A DNA stretch of 64,000 bases from an uncultured Gammaproteobacteria bacterium. Its GTDB lineage: Bacteria > Patescibacteriota > Microgenomatia > Levybacterales > UBA12049. The notes beneath the pieces are model-generated. The model worked only from the letters and a program-made list of their open reading frames with translations, was not told the origin of the DNA and did not search any database. A program made the translations under genes and the position numbers. The stretch lies in the NCBI GenBank assembly GCA_964564035.1, contig CAZLZN010000005.1, forward strand, positions 1,504-65,503, given 5' to 3'. Position 1 is the stretch's first letter. Every line of letters begins with the position of its first letter. Positions 27,537 to 37,204 of this stretch are shown here, piece after piece.

Positions 27537-28110
27537 ATAATAATTTTTTCAGCTCGGCCATTTTTTTCTTTTCCAGTATCGCTCTAAAAAGCTTCAAAGA
27601 TATTTCGCTGTCGCGAAAATCCTGGCGCGCGGAAATTTCGATAAACTCTTCGAAGTTGACAAGTAAGATTTCAATTTTTTCACCGGGATCGGGATTTTGG
27701 TCCTGCACAATGCGGCAGTTTTTAGCAATAAAACAATAATTAATCCATTCAATTTTATCTATCGGCTGGTTGGCCTCCCAGAATATTAATTCACTTGCTT
27801 CCATACCTGCCTCTTCCATTAACTCTCGTTTTACTGCCTCCACGGGGTCCTCTCCTTCATCGATTCGGCCGCCAAATAATCCGTAAAAAGGCGCTGTTCC
27901 CGGCTGTTCTTGTTTACTTAAAGCAATTTTACCGTCATTCATAACAGGCAAAACTGCAACAGTATCTGATCTTTTGAGCTTTTCAAATGTTGCGTATTCG
28001 CCGTTATACTGTTTTTGCGGCCATTGATACACGGAAAACATATCCCCGCTAAAAACCATCTTTGCGTTATCGGGTATGGGTTGTTTGGATTTGGGTCTCT
28101 TTATGATCAT
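27526..28110 (-). CDS. NUDIX hydrolase
   Basis: Intact Nudix box GGRIDEGEDPVEAVKRELMEEAG. Confidence 0.85.
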   Translation of the reverse strand: MIIKRPKSKQPIPDNAKMVFSGDMFSVYQWPQKQYNGEYATFEKLKRSDTVAVLPVMNDGKIALSKQEQPGTAPFYGLFGGRIDEGEDPVEAVKRELMEEAGMEASELIFWEANQPIDKIEWINYCFIAKNCRIVQDQNPDPGEKIEILLVNFEEFIEISARQDFRDSEISLKLFRAILEKKKMAELKKLLFDI

Positions 28111-28281
28111 AAGATATCTCTATTTGTCTAAATATATAAAAAATAGTAATTGATTTTGATGTCTTTGTCGGGCTAGTCGATTCAATTGTAAAGTATTTTT
28201 GTCAATATAAAAGTCAAGTTGCTAGCAAATAAATTCAAAATGAATACCTTATTGAAAAACCCTAAATTGTATTTTGCTTTT

Positions 28282-29733
28282 TTAATTTTCCGTCGGAACT
28301 ATACGGACCATTCGTTGATTATCGTCAAATAGCGCGCCAATAACGGCTGTTTTATGTGAATTACGCTGTAACCTGTCTCTGATGATTTTCGAATTATCGG
28401 TAACCTGCTTACTGGATACAGCTAAATATTCTCCCGGGTCAACATCATCTGATCCGGGCTCCGCTCGTCCGGTTACAAATATAATCCTCGTATTTTCCGG
28501 AGTGTATAGGTGCATAATGTCTCTGACTTGTTGATCTGCCAGCGCGCCTTGTGCAGTAACTTCAACTGCGTTTCGCTCACCCGTATTAAATGGATATCCT
28601 TCAGGCCCCGCTCTCACTATAGATGGTCCGCCTGTTATTGCTGATCTCTGCGGCTTAATTCCGAGCCATGTGTTAGCGGTAATGTTATATACCGCTTCAT
28701 AAGCTATGGCTTTTATCGCCCAGTCTGCTTCTTTTTCCTTCAGTTGTTTAGGAATCCAGCCATAATTATTTTTAGACCGCTCAATCTCAGTAACTATTTT
28801 TGCGATTCTCGATGTATTTATAATATTTGCGGCCAAAGTTCTCGAGTCGCGATAATCGTGCGACATTGTCAACATATTCGCTTCGCCGACAGCCAATATT
28901 GTTTTTTTCAGCCTTGGTGCTAAAAATTCGGTCATTAGGATTTTGCCGTCCATATGAAGATCAGTCAGATTTTGCCGTAATGTTTTTTCAGAGTCAAACA
29001 TCTCCGCCCTTCTTGAGTCATATATGCCTTTTAGGCCAAAAATAAGCATTCCTGTTCCGGCATCATAAATAGAACTAATTGTACTGCCCTCTGCTTTACC
29101 TGTTCTTGCGTATTCTCTAAAAGCACTAAATCCTCTATCCAGTTCCTCAAAATGCACGGGAAGACCACCGTGTGTAGGGATTTTTTTGTTTACACTATCT
29201 CTTTTGTCTTTTACTGCTGCTGTTATCATTTGATTACAGCTTTGTTCAGGATTAAACGAATTAATATGTGTACCCGCGAATTCAACAAATCTGGATTCAC
29301 GGCCTGACCTTCTATTATTTCTAATAAATTTATCGACAGTATATGCCAATACGGGATCACTGAGTTTTATTTCTCCGTAAACATTTTCTTTGGTTTTAGT
29401 AAATCCCCCTAGTCTTCTGTGGCTAAGCGTGACATGCGGGATAGCTACGTTTACAGGTAAAATGTCGCTGTGAGAACACGTTTGAAAAATAGTTTTAACT
29501 CCCAAATAATCTTCAATTTCCTTTTGCACTCGCCTATAGCCTTCGGAGGCAAAGTTTGAAGAATTTATTTCCCCGTCAATAATAGTTCTCGCCAAATGGG
29601 GATAGATTAGACTAGGTCCGGATTCACTTTTTGTTCCGGGAAACTGCCTCTTCAATTCCAAATTTCCACTATCAAGGAGAAAGTCTATATGGCGATTAAG
29701 CTCTCCTAGCCGGGAATTTTCCTGTCTGGACAT
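28282..29733 (-). CDS. Hypothetical protein (483 aa)
   Basis: Long intact ORF with no motif I recognise. A TATAAT lies 8 nt upstream of its ATG. Confidence 0.5.
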   Translation of the reverse strand: MSRQENSRLGELNRHIDFLLDSGNLELKRQFPGTKSESGPSLIYPHLARTIIDGEINSSNFASEGYRRVQKEIEDYLGVKTIFQTCSHSDILPVNVAIPHVTLSHRRLGGFTKTKENVYGEIKLSDPVLAYTVDKFIRNNRRSGRESRFVEFAGTHINSFNPEQSCNQMITAAVKDKRDSVNKKIPTHGGLPVHFEELDRGFSAFREYARTGKAEGSTISSIYDAGTGMLIFGLKGIYDSRRAEMFDSEKTLRQNLTDLHMDGKILMTEFLAPRLKKTILAVGEANMLTMSHDYRDSRTLAANIINTSRIAKIVTEIERSKNNYGWIPKQLKEKEADWAIKAIAYEAVYNITANTWLGIKPQRSAITGGPSIVRAGPEGYPFNTGERNAVEVTAQGALADQQVRDIMHLYTPENTRIIFVTGRAEPGSDDVDPGEYLAVSSKQVTDNSKIIRDRLQRNSHKTAVIGALFDDNQRMVRIVPTEN

Positions 29734-29780
29734 AAAAAGCTATTATAACAAAAGAATATGAAATTTTCAGTAATATAGAT

Positions 29781-30296
29781 TTACTTTTTATTTACGCTTT
29801 TTTTATACAAGTAATTATTCATATCACCTTGCATTCTCAAAATAGCTTTTAAGTCTCTTCTATAGCTCGCATCTTTATTCTCTTTTTGATTTTCCTCCAG
29901 CTTATATTGTCCTGCCAGAATATCGTACATAAATACTCCGTGTCTATACTGGTCAGTTCCGGTACGATAAGAATCCATTATTTTTTTAGTAAGCTTCAAC
30001 CTTTCGCCGTTTTCAGCAAATAGAACCGGTGATCCAAGAATTCGATCTATATGCGGCAGAGGGTCGCTTCTTTCTATTTTTACATACATTTCCATTAGCT
30101 TGCATGTAAGAATATCTTCTTTTAATTTATCGCGCAAACCCTCGATCACATTTTCATCAATGTCATCTTGTCCCAGAAAGTTCAACAACATCTTTTTAGC
30201 CCTTCGTTGGAACTTAAGATCCTCATGCGAAATATTATATTGCTCTGCCATAAATATATTATAGGCCTCTAAATTATTAATGTCAATTTCAAACAA
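29781..30296 (-). CDS. Hypothetical protein (171 aa or shorter)
   Basis: ORF with a TTG start in the track. An internal Met (MAEQYN) is an alternative start. Confidence 0.4.
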   Translation of the reverse strand: MFEIDINNLEAYNIFMAEQYNISHEDLKFQRRAKKMLLNFLGQDDIDENVIEGLRDKLKEDILTCKLMEMYVKIERSDPLPHIDRILGSPVLFAENGERLKLTKKIMDSYRTGTDQYRHGVFMYDILAGQYKLEENQKENKDASYRRDLKAILRMQGDMNNYLYKKSVNKK

Positions 30297-30323
30297 AACT
30301 TTATACTGTGTTAAAATAAACCT

Positions 30324-32090
30324 ATGAAGAGATTTCTGATCATAATAGCATTATTGAGCGTTTTTTTTCTGCCTCAAAAAGCCTCAGCCCAAGCAGAATG
30401 GCAAATTGACGAGTTTGATGCACGAATTGAAATCCTCCCCTCGGGTGTTGTCGCTTTTACCGAAACGATAAATGTCGACTTTTTAGATAACGCCAAACAT
30501 GGCATTTTCCGGGATATACCTTTTGTGTATGCAGGTGATACCGGTGAAGTATATACCAAAATAACCATACATAACGTCTTGCAGAATAGTCAACCGGTAA
30601 AATACCAAAAAACCCAAAACGGCAATTTTATAAATCTCAAAATCGGCGACCCGGACAAAACAATAACAGGCTCCAATACCTATACTATAAATTACACGGC
30701 AGAGGGCATTCTTAAAGGCTTTGATGAATATGACGAGTTGTACTGGAACGTAACAGGAAACAATTGGGACGTAAACATCTTATCAGCAAAAGCACAGATC
30801 ACGCTCCCCTCGGAAATATTACTCAAAAGCGTTTGCTACCAGGGGTATTCCGGCTCAAATGAAAATTGCATGTCTACTACGGTAGATAGCAAAAAAGTAA
30901 ACTTCGCGTCAACCCGGGCATTGGGACCCAATGAAGGGTTTACGGTTGCAGTTGGGTATGAAAAAGGTGTTGTTCCTATCCTGACAGTCGAAAGACCCCC
31001 GAGTCTCTGGGAGAAATTTATTTCATGGCCTTCGCAGATGACTTTGCTAGCAGTAGTCTTAGCAGGTGTCGGAACAGTTTTATTTTTATGGTATCGATAC
31101 GGCAGGGATTATTGGTTTGCAGCGAATTTATTCGGGAACAAAACCGATCAGGGCGTCGTAAAGCCCATCGCCGCTCATGAAACAATTAGCGTTGAATTTA
31201 CTCCTCCCGACAATCTCCGCCCTGCTGAGATTGGTGTAATTGCCGATGAATATGCTCACACCAATGACATCACATCGACTATTATTGATCTCGCGTCTCG
31301 AGGGTTTTTGAAGATCAGAGAAATCCCCAAAAAATGGCTTTTCGGAAGTGTTGATTACGAACTTTCAAAAACAACAAAAACTTATAACGGTCTTATAAAT
31401 TACGAAAAAATGCTTTTAGAGAAAATATTCTATCAGCGTGACACGGTCAAAATTTCGGACCTCAAAACAACTTTTTATGAAGAATTGAAGGAAATAAAAA
31501 AATCCCTTTATGAAGATATTTTAGACAAAAAATATTTCCCCTCGAATCCTGATCAAGTAAGAATTAAATATCTGGTAATCGCTTTTATGATTATTATCTT
31601 CGGCTTTTTTGCAGGCTTTTTCAGTTTGAGCATAGAGAATATTTTCGCGGCGGACCTGAGTCTGGGCGCAATAATAAGCGGCGTAATCTTAGCTGGCGTC
31701 TCACGATTTATGCCCAGAAGAACAGCTTACGGCCGGGAAACATACCGCAAGATACTGGGATATAAAATGTTTATAAATAGTGCGGAAAAATACAGACAGC
31801 AATTTTTCGAAAAACAAAATTTATTTAATGAGGTACTTCCCTACGCGATAGTTTTCGGACTTACCGAGAAATTCGCCAAAGCCATGAAGGATATCGGTTT
31901 GGAAACCAAAAAGCCCGTCTGGTATACCGGAGCGCATACATTTAATACTCACGCGTTTGCATCCAATATGAACAGCTTTTCGTCCTCCATGTCAGGTGCG
32001 ATAGCTTCAGCGCCCAAAAGCAGCGGCTTCTCTGGAGGAGGCGGATATTCGGGCGGAGGATTTGGCGGAGGAGGCGGCGGAAGCTGGTAG
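30324..32090 (+). CDS. DUF2207-type membrane protein with a Gly-rich C-terminal tail
   Basis: Signal peptide, a beta-rich N-domain, transmembrane segments and a terminal SGGGGYSGGGFGGGGGGSW, an architecture I associate with DUF2207. Confidence 0.7.
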   Translation: MKRFLIIIALLSVFFLPQKASAQAEWQIDEFDARIEILPSGVVAFTETINVDFLDNAKHGIFRDIPFVYAGDTGEVYTKITIHNVLQNSQPVKYQKTQNGNFINLKIGDPDKTITGSNTYTINYTAEGILKGFDEYDELYWNVTGNNWDVNILSAKAQITLPSEILLKSVCYQGYSGSNENCMSTTVDSKKVNFASTRALGPNEGFTVAVGYEKGVVPILTVERPPSLWEKFISWPSQMTLLAVVLAGVGTVLFLWYRYGRDYWFAANLFGNKTDQGVVKPIAAHETISVEFTPPDNLRPAEIGVIADEYAHTNDITSTIIDLASRGFLKIREIPKKWLFGSVDYELSKTTKTYNGLINYEKMLLEKIFYQRDTVKISDLKTTFYEELKEIKKSLYEDILDKKYFPSNPDQVRIKYLVIAFMIIIFGFFAGFFSLSIENIFAADLSLGAIISGVILAGVSRFMPRRTAYGRETYRKILGYKMFINSAEKYRQQFFEKQNLFNEVLPYAIVFGLTEKFAKAMKDIGLETKKPVWYTGAHTFNTHAFASNMNSFSSSMSGAIASAPKSSGFSGGGGYSGGGFGGGGGGSW

Positions 32091-32165
32091 AATATTTTAA
32101 AACTGAAAACTAAAAATATAGAATAAAAGCAGTTTTGTGACCCCGGCAACTAATTAGAAAAAAGA

Positions 32166-32606
32166 TTAATTTTTACCATAAAAACCAATTAACTCCGCTG
32201 ACGCGAGTATTGATCCTCCCATTTGTATCAAAACACTCTCTTTATCCCTCGATTTATCAATCTCCAGCATTTTATTTAGCGCATATAGCTTGAAAAAATA
32301 CCTATGCGTCCCGCCCGGCGGACATGGACCGCCATAACCCGGTTTGCCGAATGTTGTATTTGCCTCCATTCCGCCATCAGGAACGCTGTTTTCTTTTATT
32401 TCCGTAATGTCCGGATTAATATTAATCACGACCCAATGCACCCACGTCCCCATCGGCGCATCCGGATCATCAACGATTAACAACAGGCTCTTCGTGTTTT
32501 CCGGAACGTCAGCTATCTCAAGCGGCGGATTTATATTTTCACCGTTGCACGTATATTTTGAGGGAATCCGTCCATTATTCTCAAAAGCACTGCTGATGAT
32601 TTTCAT
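32166..32606 (-). CDS. YbhB/YbcL-family PEBP (Raf-kinase-inhibitor-like) protein
   Basis: VDDPDAPMGTWVHWVV and GYGGPCPPGGTHRYFFKLYAL. Confidence 0.9.
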   Translation of the reverse strand: MKIISSAFENNGRIPSKYTCNGENINPPLEIADVPENTKSLLLIVDDPDAPMGTWVHWVVININPDITEIKENSVPDGGMEANTTFGKPGYGGPCPPGGTHRYFFKLYALNKMLEIDKSRDKESVLIQMGGSILASAELIGFYGKN

Positions 32607-32639
32607 TTATTTATTGTAACACTTACAACTTAATAATTT

Positions 32640-33431
32640 TTATTCAAGGTATATTGAATCGCTTAATTCATATTCTCCTACTTTCGTCCGCAAAATATCA
32701 ATAGCGATCGCTCCTGTCCCTAGTTCTAGGCCCATTTTATGAGCCAGGCTCCTCACATACGTACCGCTTGAACATTTCACTCTGAATTTTGCAGTCATAT
32801 ATTTATCAGTATTACTTCCAGTCAAAACTTTAATCCAAGTATTTAAAATACAATCCTGTCTGAAATCTCCACTGACTAAATTAATTTTGTTTTTAATTAG
32901 ATTTAAAAGCGTTTTATTTTCTACCACTTCAGAGGATAAAAATTCAAACTCATATATCGCTACCTTTTTTGTCGGTATTATTATTTCATCCAATTTATTT
33001 TCCCGGCTATACTCGAATAACGGCTTCCCGTTTACGGCTTTAGATGAATACGGAGGATATACTTGATTGATTATTTTAGGATATTCTTTGCAAAAGCGCT
33101 TAAGTTTATCTTCAAAGCCCGGCTCTTCAATCGATGCATTTTTTTTATATTCAGCAACTCCAAGTAAATCATAAGTATCTGTATCGAATCCGAATAACAC
33201 CTCGAAAACATATTCCTTATCAAGACCCAGATATTTATCGCGCTCTTGGGTTGCATCTCCGATCATGAGCAGCATTACTCCTCTCGCCATCGGATCAAGC
33301 CGCCCGGCGTAGCCTATTTTAATATCTTTGTATTCGGGAAGAACTTCTCGAAGTTTATTTATTAGCTGAAGAGGAGTAAGTCCTGCAGGTTTGTAAATAT
33401 TTAATAATTTTTTCACGATATTGTTTTGCAA
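32640..33431 (-). CDS. truB: tRNA pseudouridine-55 synthase
   Basis: GYAGRLDPMARGVMLLMIG contains the catalytic Asp. The start codon is uncertain (TTG in the track). Confidence 0.85.
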   Translation of the reverse strand: MQNNIVKKLLNIYKPAGLTPLQLINKLREVLPEYKDIKIGYAGRLDPMARGVMLLMIGDATQERDKYLGLDKEYVFEVLFGFDTDTYDLLGVAEYKKNASIEEPGFEDKLKRFCKEYPKIINQVYPPYSSKAVNGKPLFEYSRENKLDEIIIPTKKVAIYEFEFLSSEVVENKTLLNLIKNKINLVSGDFRQDCILNTWIKVLTGSNTDKYMTAKFRVKCSSGTYVRSLAHKMGLELGTGAIAIDILRTKVGEYELSDSIYLE

Positions 33432-33579
33432 AAATAATACAATTGATTTATCAGCCGGTTATAGCTCGATAATACTTGATCTATGTCATAAATTTCGCAT
33501 TTTTCTGTGGACATAGTATAACATTAATATTGACGAATATTTATACCCATTTCCGCCGCCTTGTGATATAATATGTAAG

Positions 33580-34008
33580 ATGCATAAAAAATTTTATGCA
33601 AGCGGATTTATTTATCACGAGCCGACCGGACAAATTCTCTTGCAAAAACCTCAACTATCAGAAACATCGTCCAAATGGACAATGATTGGTGCATTTTATG
33701 AAGAATCCGAAAAGCCCGAAGAGGCATTTATTCAAGCCGTAAAAGAATTATTAGGTATTCAAATCGATACTCCGTATTTCGTTTATACTTATTTTGATGA
33801 CAAAGAAAACACTGACAGGCATATTTTCTATGCCATTATCAATGAAAAAAGCGATTATCCCCCAAAAAATGATCAATCGTTTCAATGGTTTACCTTCAAA
33901 GAAATCCTCAAAATCCAAGCCTCTCAACAAGTCAAGCATGATGTCGTCGTAGGTCAGCGGGTAATAGAGGCTCAGCTTCGCAAAGATCGCGGTGAGCAAA
34001 GTTTATAG
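33580..34008 (+). CDS. NUDIX-fold protein with a degenerate Nudix box
   Basis: GAFYEESEKPEEAFIQAVKELLGI aligns to GX5EX7REUXEEXGU, but RE..EE is replaced by KE..LL. A TATAAT lies 7 nt upstream of the ATG. Confidence 0.45.
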   Translation: MHKKFYASGFIYHEPTGQILLQKPQLSETSSKWTMIGAFYEESEKPEEAFIQAVKELLGIQIDTPYFVYTYFDDKENTDRHIFYAIINEKSDYPPKNDQSFQWFTFKEILKIQASQQVKHDVVVGQRVIEAQLRKDRGEQSL

Positions 34009-34013
34009 ACTAG

Positions 34014-35231
34014 TTACTCCACAAAAGTCAAAGCAATTCCCCTCTTTCCGGCGCGGCCTGTCCTGCCAATGCGGTGAGTATAATCTTCATAGGTCTCCGG
34101 CGCGTCATAATTTATAACATGAGTTACATCACTGACATCAATTCCTCTGGACGCAACATCGGTCGCGAGCAATACGCTTAATTTATTTTCTTTAAATTCA
34201 CGAAGCGCTCTCTCCCGCTGACTTTGAGATTTATTTCCGTGGAGGACCGCACTTCGGATCCCTTTGTTTTGCAGGGCGTATGCAAGTTTATTAATCCCCC
34301 ACTTGGTCCTGCCGAAAACTATTACTTTTTGAAATTCTGACTGAACCAACAGTTCGTATAATACGTCTGTTTTAGATTTATGTCCGTTAATATGTATGAC
34401 TTTCTGTTCAATATTCTCAGCTTGAGATTGCTGTTTAACGCTTATGGATACAGGGTTACTGACAAAGCTATGAAGAATCTCCTCTGTTTTTCTGTCAACC
34501 GTTGCCGAAAAAAATAGAGACTGCCTTATTTTGGGAAGAAGAGAGATCAGCATTTTTATTTCATTTATAAATCCTATATCAACCATTCTGTCTACTTCAT
34601 CAAGAACAACGTTTTGGAACATAAATAATTTCAAAACTTTTCGGCCGATCATATCTTTTATCCTGCCCGGCGTACCGATCACAAAATGCGGATTGTGACT
34701 TAGTGAATAGATCTGCCTTTTCATATTTGCGCCGCCAACCAGAAGCGCGCTGTTTAGATCCGTTCCTCTGGCAAATATCTTGAACTCACTGGCTATTTGA
34801 ACCGCCAATTCTCTCGTCGGAACTACGATCAGCACTCTTTGATTTCGGTCCAGAAACGCCTTGTTTATCAGCGATATCAAAAAAGCAGCAGTTTTCCCGG
34901 TTCCCGTATTTGCCCGTCCAATAACATCACGCCCCGCTAGTATTTCAGGAATTGCTTTGGATTGTATCTCTGTCGCGGTTATGTATCCATGATCAGCTAT
35001 ATTGCGTTTCAGTTTTTCGACAATATTATATTGCGAGAAATCCACAGAACTTAAATTATTTACCGGATCTGTATTTTGCTCTGTTTTATATTCACTAATT
35101 TTATTAATGAACATTCTCGGGTCAAGCTTTTTTATTCTGCGCCCGAAACCGCCGCGCGGTTTTGATGTCGCTCCGGAATTCCTAAATCCGCTCTTATATC
35201 TATTATTATGTGAATAACTGCTTTTATACAT
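34014..35231 (-). CDS. DEAD-box ATP-dependent RNA helicase
   Basis: Q-motif region, GTGKTAAF, DEVD (DEAD variant), SAT and HRIGRTGRAG, plus an N-terminal RG-rich tail. Confidence 0.9.
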   Translation of the reverse strand: MYKSSYSHNNRYKSGFRNSGATSKPRGGFGRRIKKLDPRMFINKISEYKTEQNTDPVNNLSSVDFSQYNIVEKLKRNIADHGYITATEIQSKAIPEILAGRDVIGRANTGTGKTAAFLISLINKAFLDRNQRVLIVVPTRELAVQIASEFKIFARGTDLNSALLVGGANMKRQIYSLSHNPHFVIGTPGRIKDMIGRKVLKLFMFQNVVLDEVDRMVDIGFINEIKMLISLLPKIRQSLFFSATVDRKTEEILHSFVSNPVSISVKQQSQAENIEQKVIHINGHKSKTDVLYELLVQSEFQKVIVFGRTKWGINKLAYALQNKGIRSAVLHGNKSQSQRERALREFKENKLSVLLATDVASRGIDVSDVTHVINYDAPETYEDYTHRIGRTGRAGKRGIALTFVE

Positions 35232-35470
35232 ATAATTTTCTCCTTTTTTCTCTAAATACTCAAATAACTCTGCTCAAATATGAATTACAAAAAGTTTCAA
35301 GAAGATACTGTTGATTTGATATATGAGGTATCTTTATCCTTATAAAAACTTGTTCAAAATGTAAGCAGATGTACTTGGGTATTTCGATACGAATAACGAA
35401 GTAACAAAAGTTAACACCAATTATAGCACAATTAAGCTTTTTTTGCCAATTTCACAAAAAATGTATTGAA

Positions 35471-36187
35471 TTAAGAGTTTTTTTGCTCACCTCTACCGCT
35501 GGAGTACACTTCATAGAGATAATTTGATCTTTGTATTTCTGTAACAATTTTATTCTGTTCGCTCTTAGCTATATTCCGGCTTTCCATGTAATCTATAAAA
35601 TTATCAACAGGTAAATCAATATCGGCGTTATAATTATGAATAGTATCGATATAATACTCCCCGCCGTCTCTGCCAACAATAAAATTTGCCTTAATTGAAT
35701 CATCAATAACCAGTGGTATATCGAATTTGCGGCAATCCCTTTCAACTTCGCTAAATGGGTATTTAACTTGAAAAATATGAACTCCTTTATGAAATGTGAC
35801 TAATCTCCTTTCCAATAAGTTGTTTAAATTAAACTTATCTTTAAATATCCGATCCTTGATTGTCATTGAAGGCATCGTTTTGTCTATGGACCCGGCTGTC
35901 GCGCAGGGCTTAGGAAAATTATAAGGCCATAATTTACTATAAATCCTATGAGTATAATATATTGCTTTAACTAATTCCGGCGTCTTTGGGCTAAAATCAG
36001 CCGATGCTATTTTCGATGGGTCATTTGGAAGTTCTACCACATATTTTTCCGCGCCATACCCTACTATCTTCATGTTGTGCTTTTCTGCAATGCCGTATAT
36101 ATAGCTTCGGGCTTGCGGTTTTTTTCGCCTTGATGCTTCACCTACTTCGGTAAAAAAATCCATTCTTGGTATTTCTAAGCCTAACAT
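35471..36187 (-). CDS. Hypothetical protein, possibly of protein-kinase-like fold
   Basis: Gly-rich VGYGAEKYVV, a catalytic-loop-like DDSIKANFIV (D-x4-N), then YYIDTIH (a metal-binding Asp position). Confidence 0.35.
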   Translation of the reverse strand: MLGLEIPRMDFFTEVGEASRRKKPQARSYIYGIAEKHNMKIVGYGAEKYVVELPNDPSKIASADFSPKTPELVKAIYYTHRIYSKLWPYNFPKPCATAGSIDKTMPSMTIKDRIFKDKFNLNNLLERRLVTFHKGVHIFQVKYPFSEVERDCRKFDIPLVIDDSIKANFIVGRDGGEYYIDTIHNYNADIDLPVDNFIDYMESRNIAKSEQNKIVTEIQRSNYLYEVYSSGRGEQKNS

Positions 36188-36287
36188 ATGCTTTATTATA
36201 TACCTTAATCATATAATAGTAAAGCCTATAATATTATATATTTTGGAATATTAAATTAATATATTATGTCTTTGTTATAATCAAATC

Positions 36288-37175
36288 ATGCTCTACGGTT
36301 TACTGGTGCTTTTTATTGCTCAACTGCTCGGCAATACTGTTGTCCCGATTGGCACAAAAATCGCGGCCCCTGTGACAGGTGAAATCACCTTTATGTTCTT
36401 CCGTTTTTTAATCACCGCTTTAGTTTTATATTTTATTTTGGTCTCTACCCGCACATCAATTTTCAAAAAAAATAATTACAGACAATATGCACTTCTTGGT
36501 TTTATGGTTGGTACAAATATTTTTTTATTTACATATGGCATACATTACACAACGATAATCATGGGTTCACTTATATATGCGATCACGCCGATATTTGTTG
36601 GTATTGCGGGGCATTTTTTTCTGCGTGAACGATTGGATGCATCCAAAATACTTGGTTTAATTTTGTCTCTTATTGGTTTATTTATATTAATTGGAAGATC
36701 ATTGTCCGGAATAAATGATAACGCATACGGTCAGCCGCTCGGAAATATTCTGATATTTATTGCTATGGTCTCATATGCTTATTATATTTTTTATTCCAGA
36801 AAAGTATTAAAAACTGAAAATACCAGCGCGATCCATACGACATTTTGGACATTTATTTTCGTAACTGTTTATATGTTACTCATATTTTCTACAGGACTTT
36901 TGTCAGGATATGTAGCGCTCTCCTCTATTCCGGCTTTTGGCATGTGGGGTTTTATTATAGTAGGAGTTGGATCTGCTCTGCAGTATTATTTGCTTCATTT
37001 AGGTATCAAACATACAACTGCATTCATTTCATCAATTTTCCAGTACATCGGGCCTCTGATAGCGGCCTCGGTCAGCATCCCTCTCCTCAGCGAACAATTA
37101 ACCCCCCAGCTGATTATCGGAGGTATACTCATCCTCACCGGCGTTTTCTTAAGCACGACAAATAAAAAGATCTAA
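36288..37175 (+). CDS. EamA/DMT-family transporter
   Basis: Ten predicted helices in two EamA-like halves. A TATAAT lies 6 nt upstream of the ATG. Confidence 0.75.
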   Translation: MLYGLLVLFIAQLLGNTVVPIGTKIAAPVTGEITFMFFRFLITALVLYFILVSTRTSIFKKNNYRQYALLGFMVGTNIFLFTYGIHYTTIIMGSLIYAITPIFVGIAGHFFLRERLDASKILGLILSLIGLFILIGRSLSGINDNAYGQPLGNILIFIAMVSYAYYIFYSRKVLKTENTSAIHTTFWTFIFVTVYMLLIFSTGLLSGYVALSSIPAFGMWGFIIVGVGSALQYYLLHLGIKHTTAFISSIFQYIGPLIAASVSIPLLSEQLTPQLIIGGILILTGVFLSTTNKKI

Positions 37176-37204
37176 TAAATATTAACATTTTAATAAATTG
37201 ATTT

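Noticed and set aside
31949-32149. A poly-proline ORF on the minus strand (PPPPPNPPPEYPPPPEKP).
   Set aside because: It is the antisense translation of the Gly-rich C-terminal tail (GGGGYSGGGFGGGGGG) of the DUF2207-type protein.
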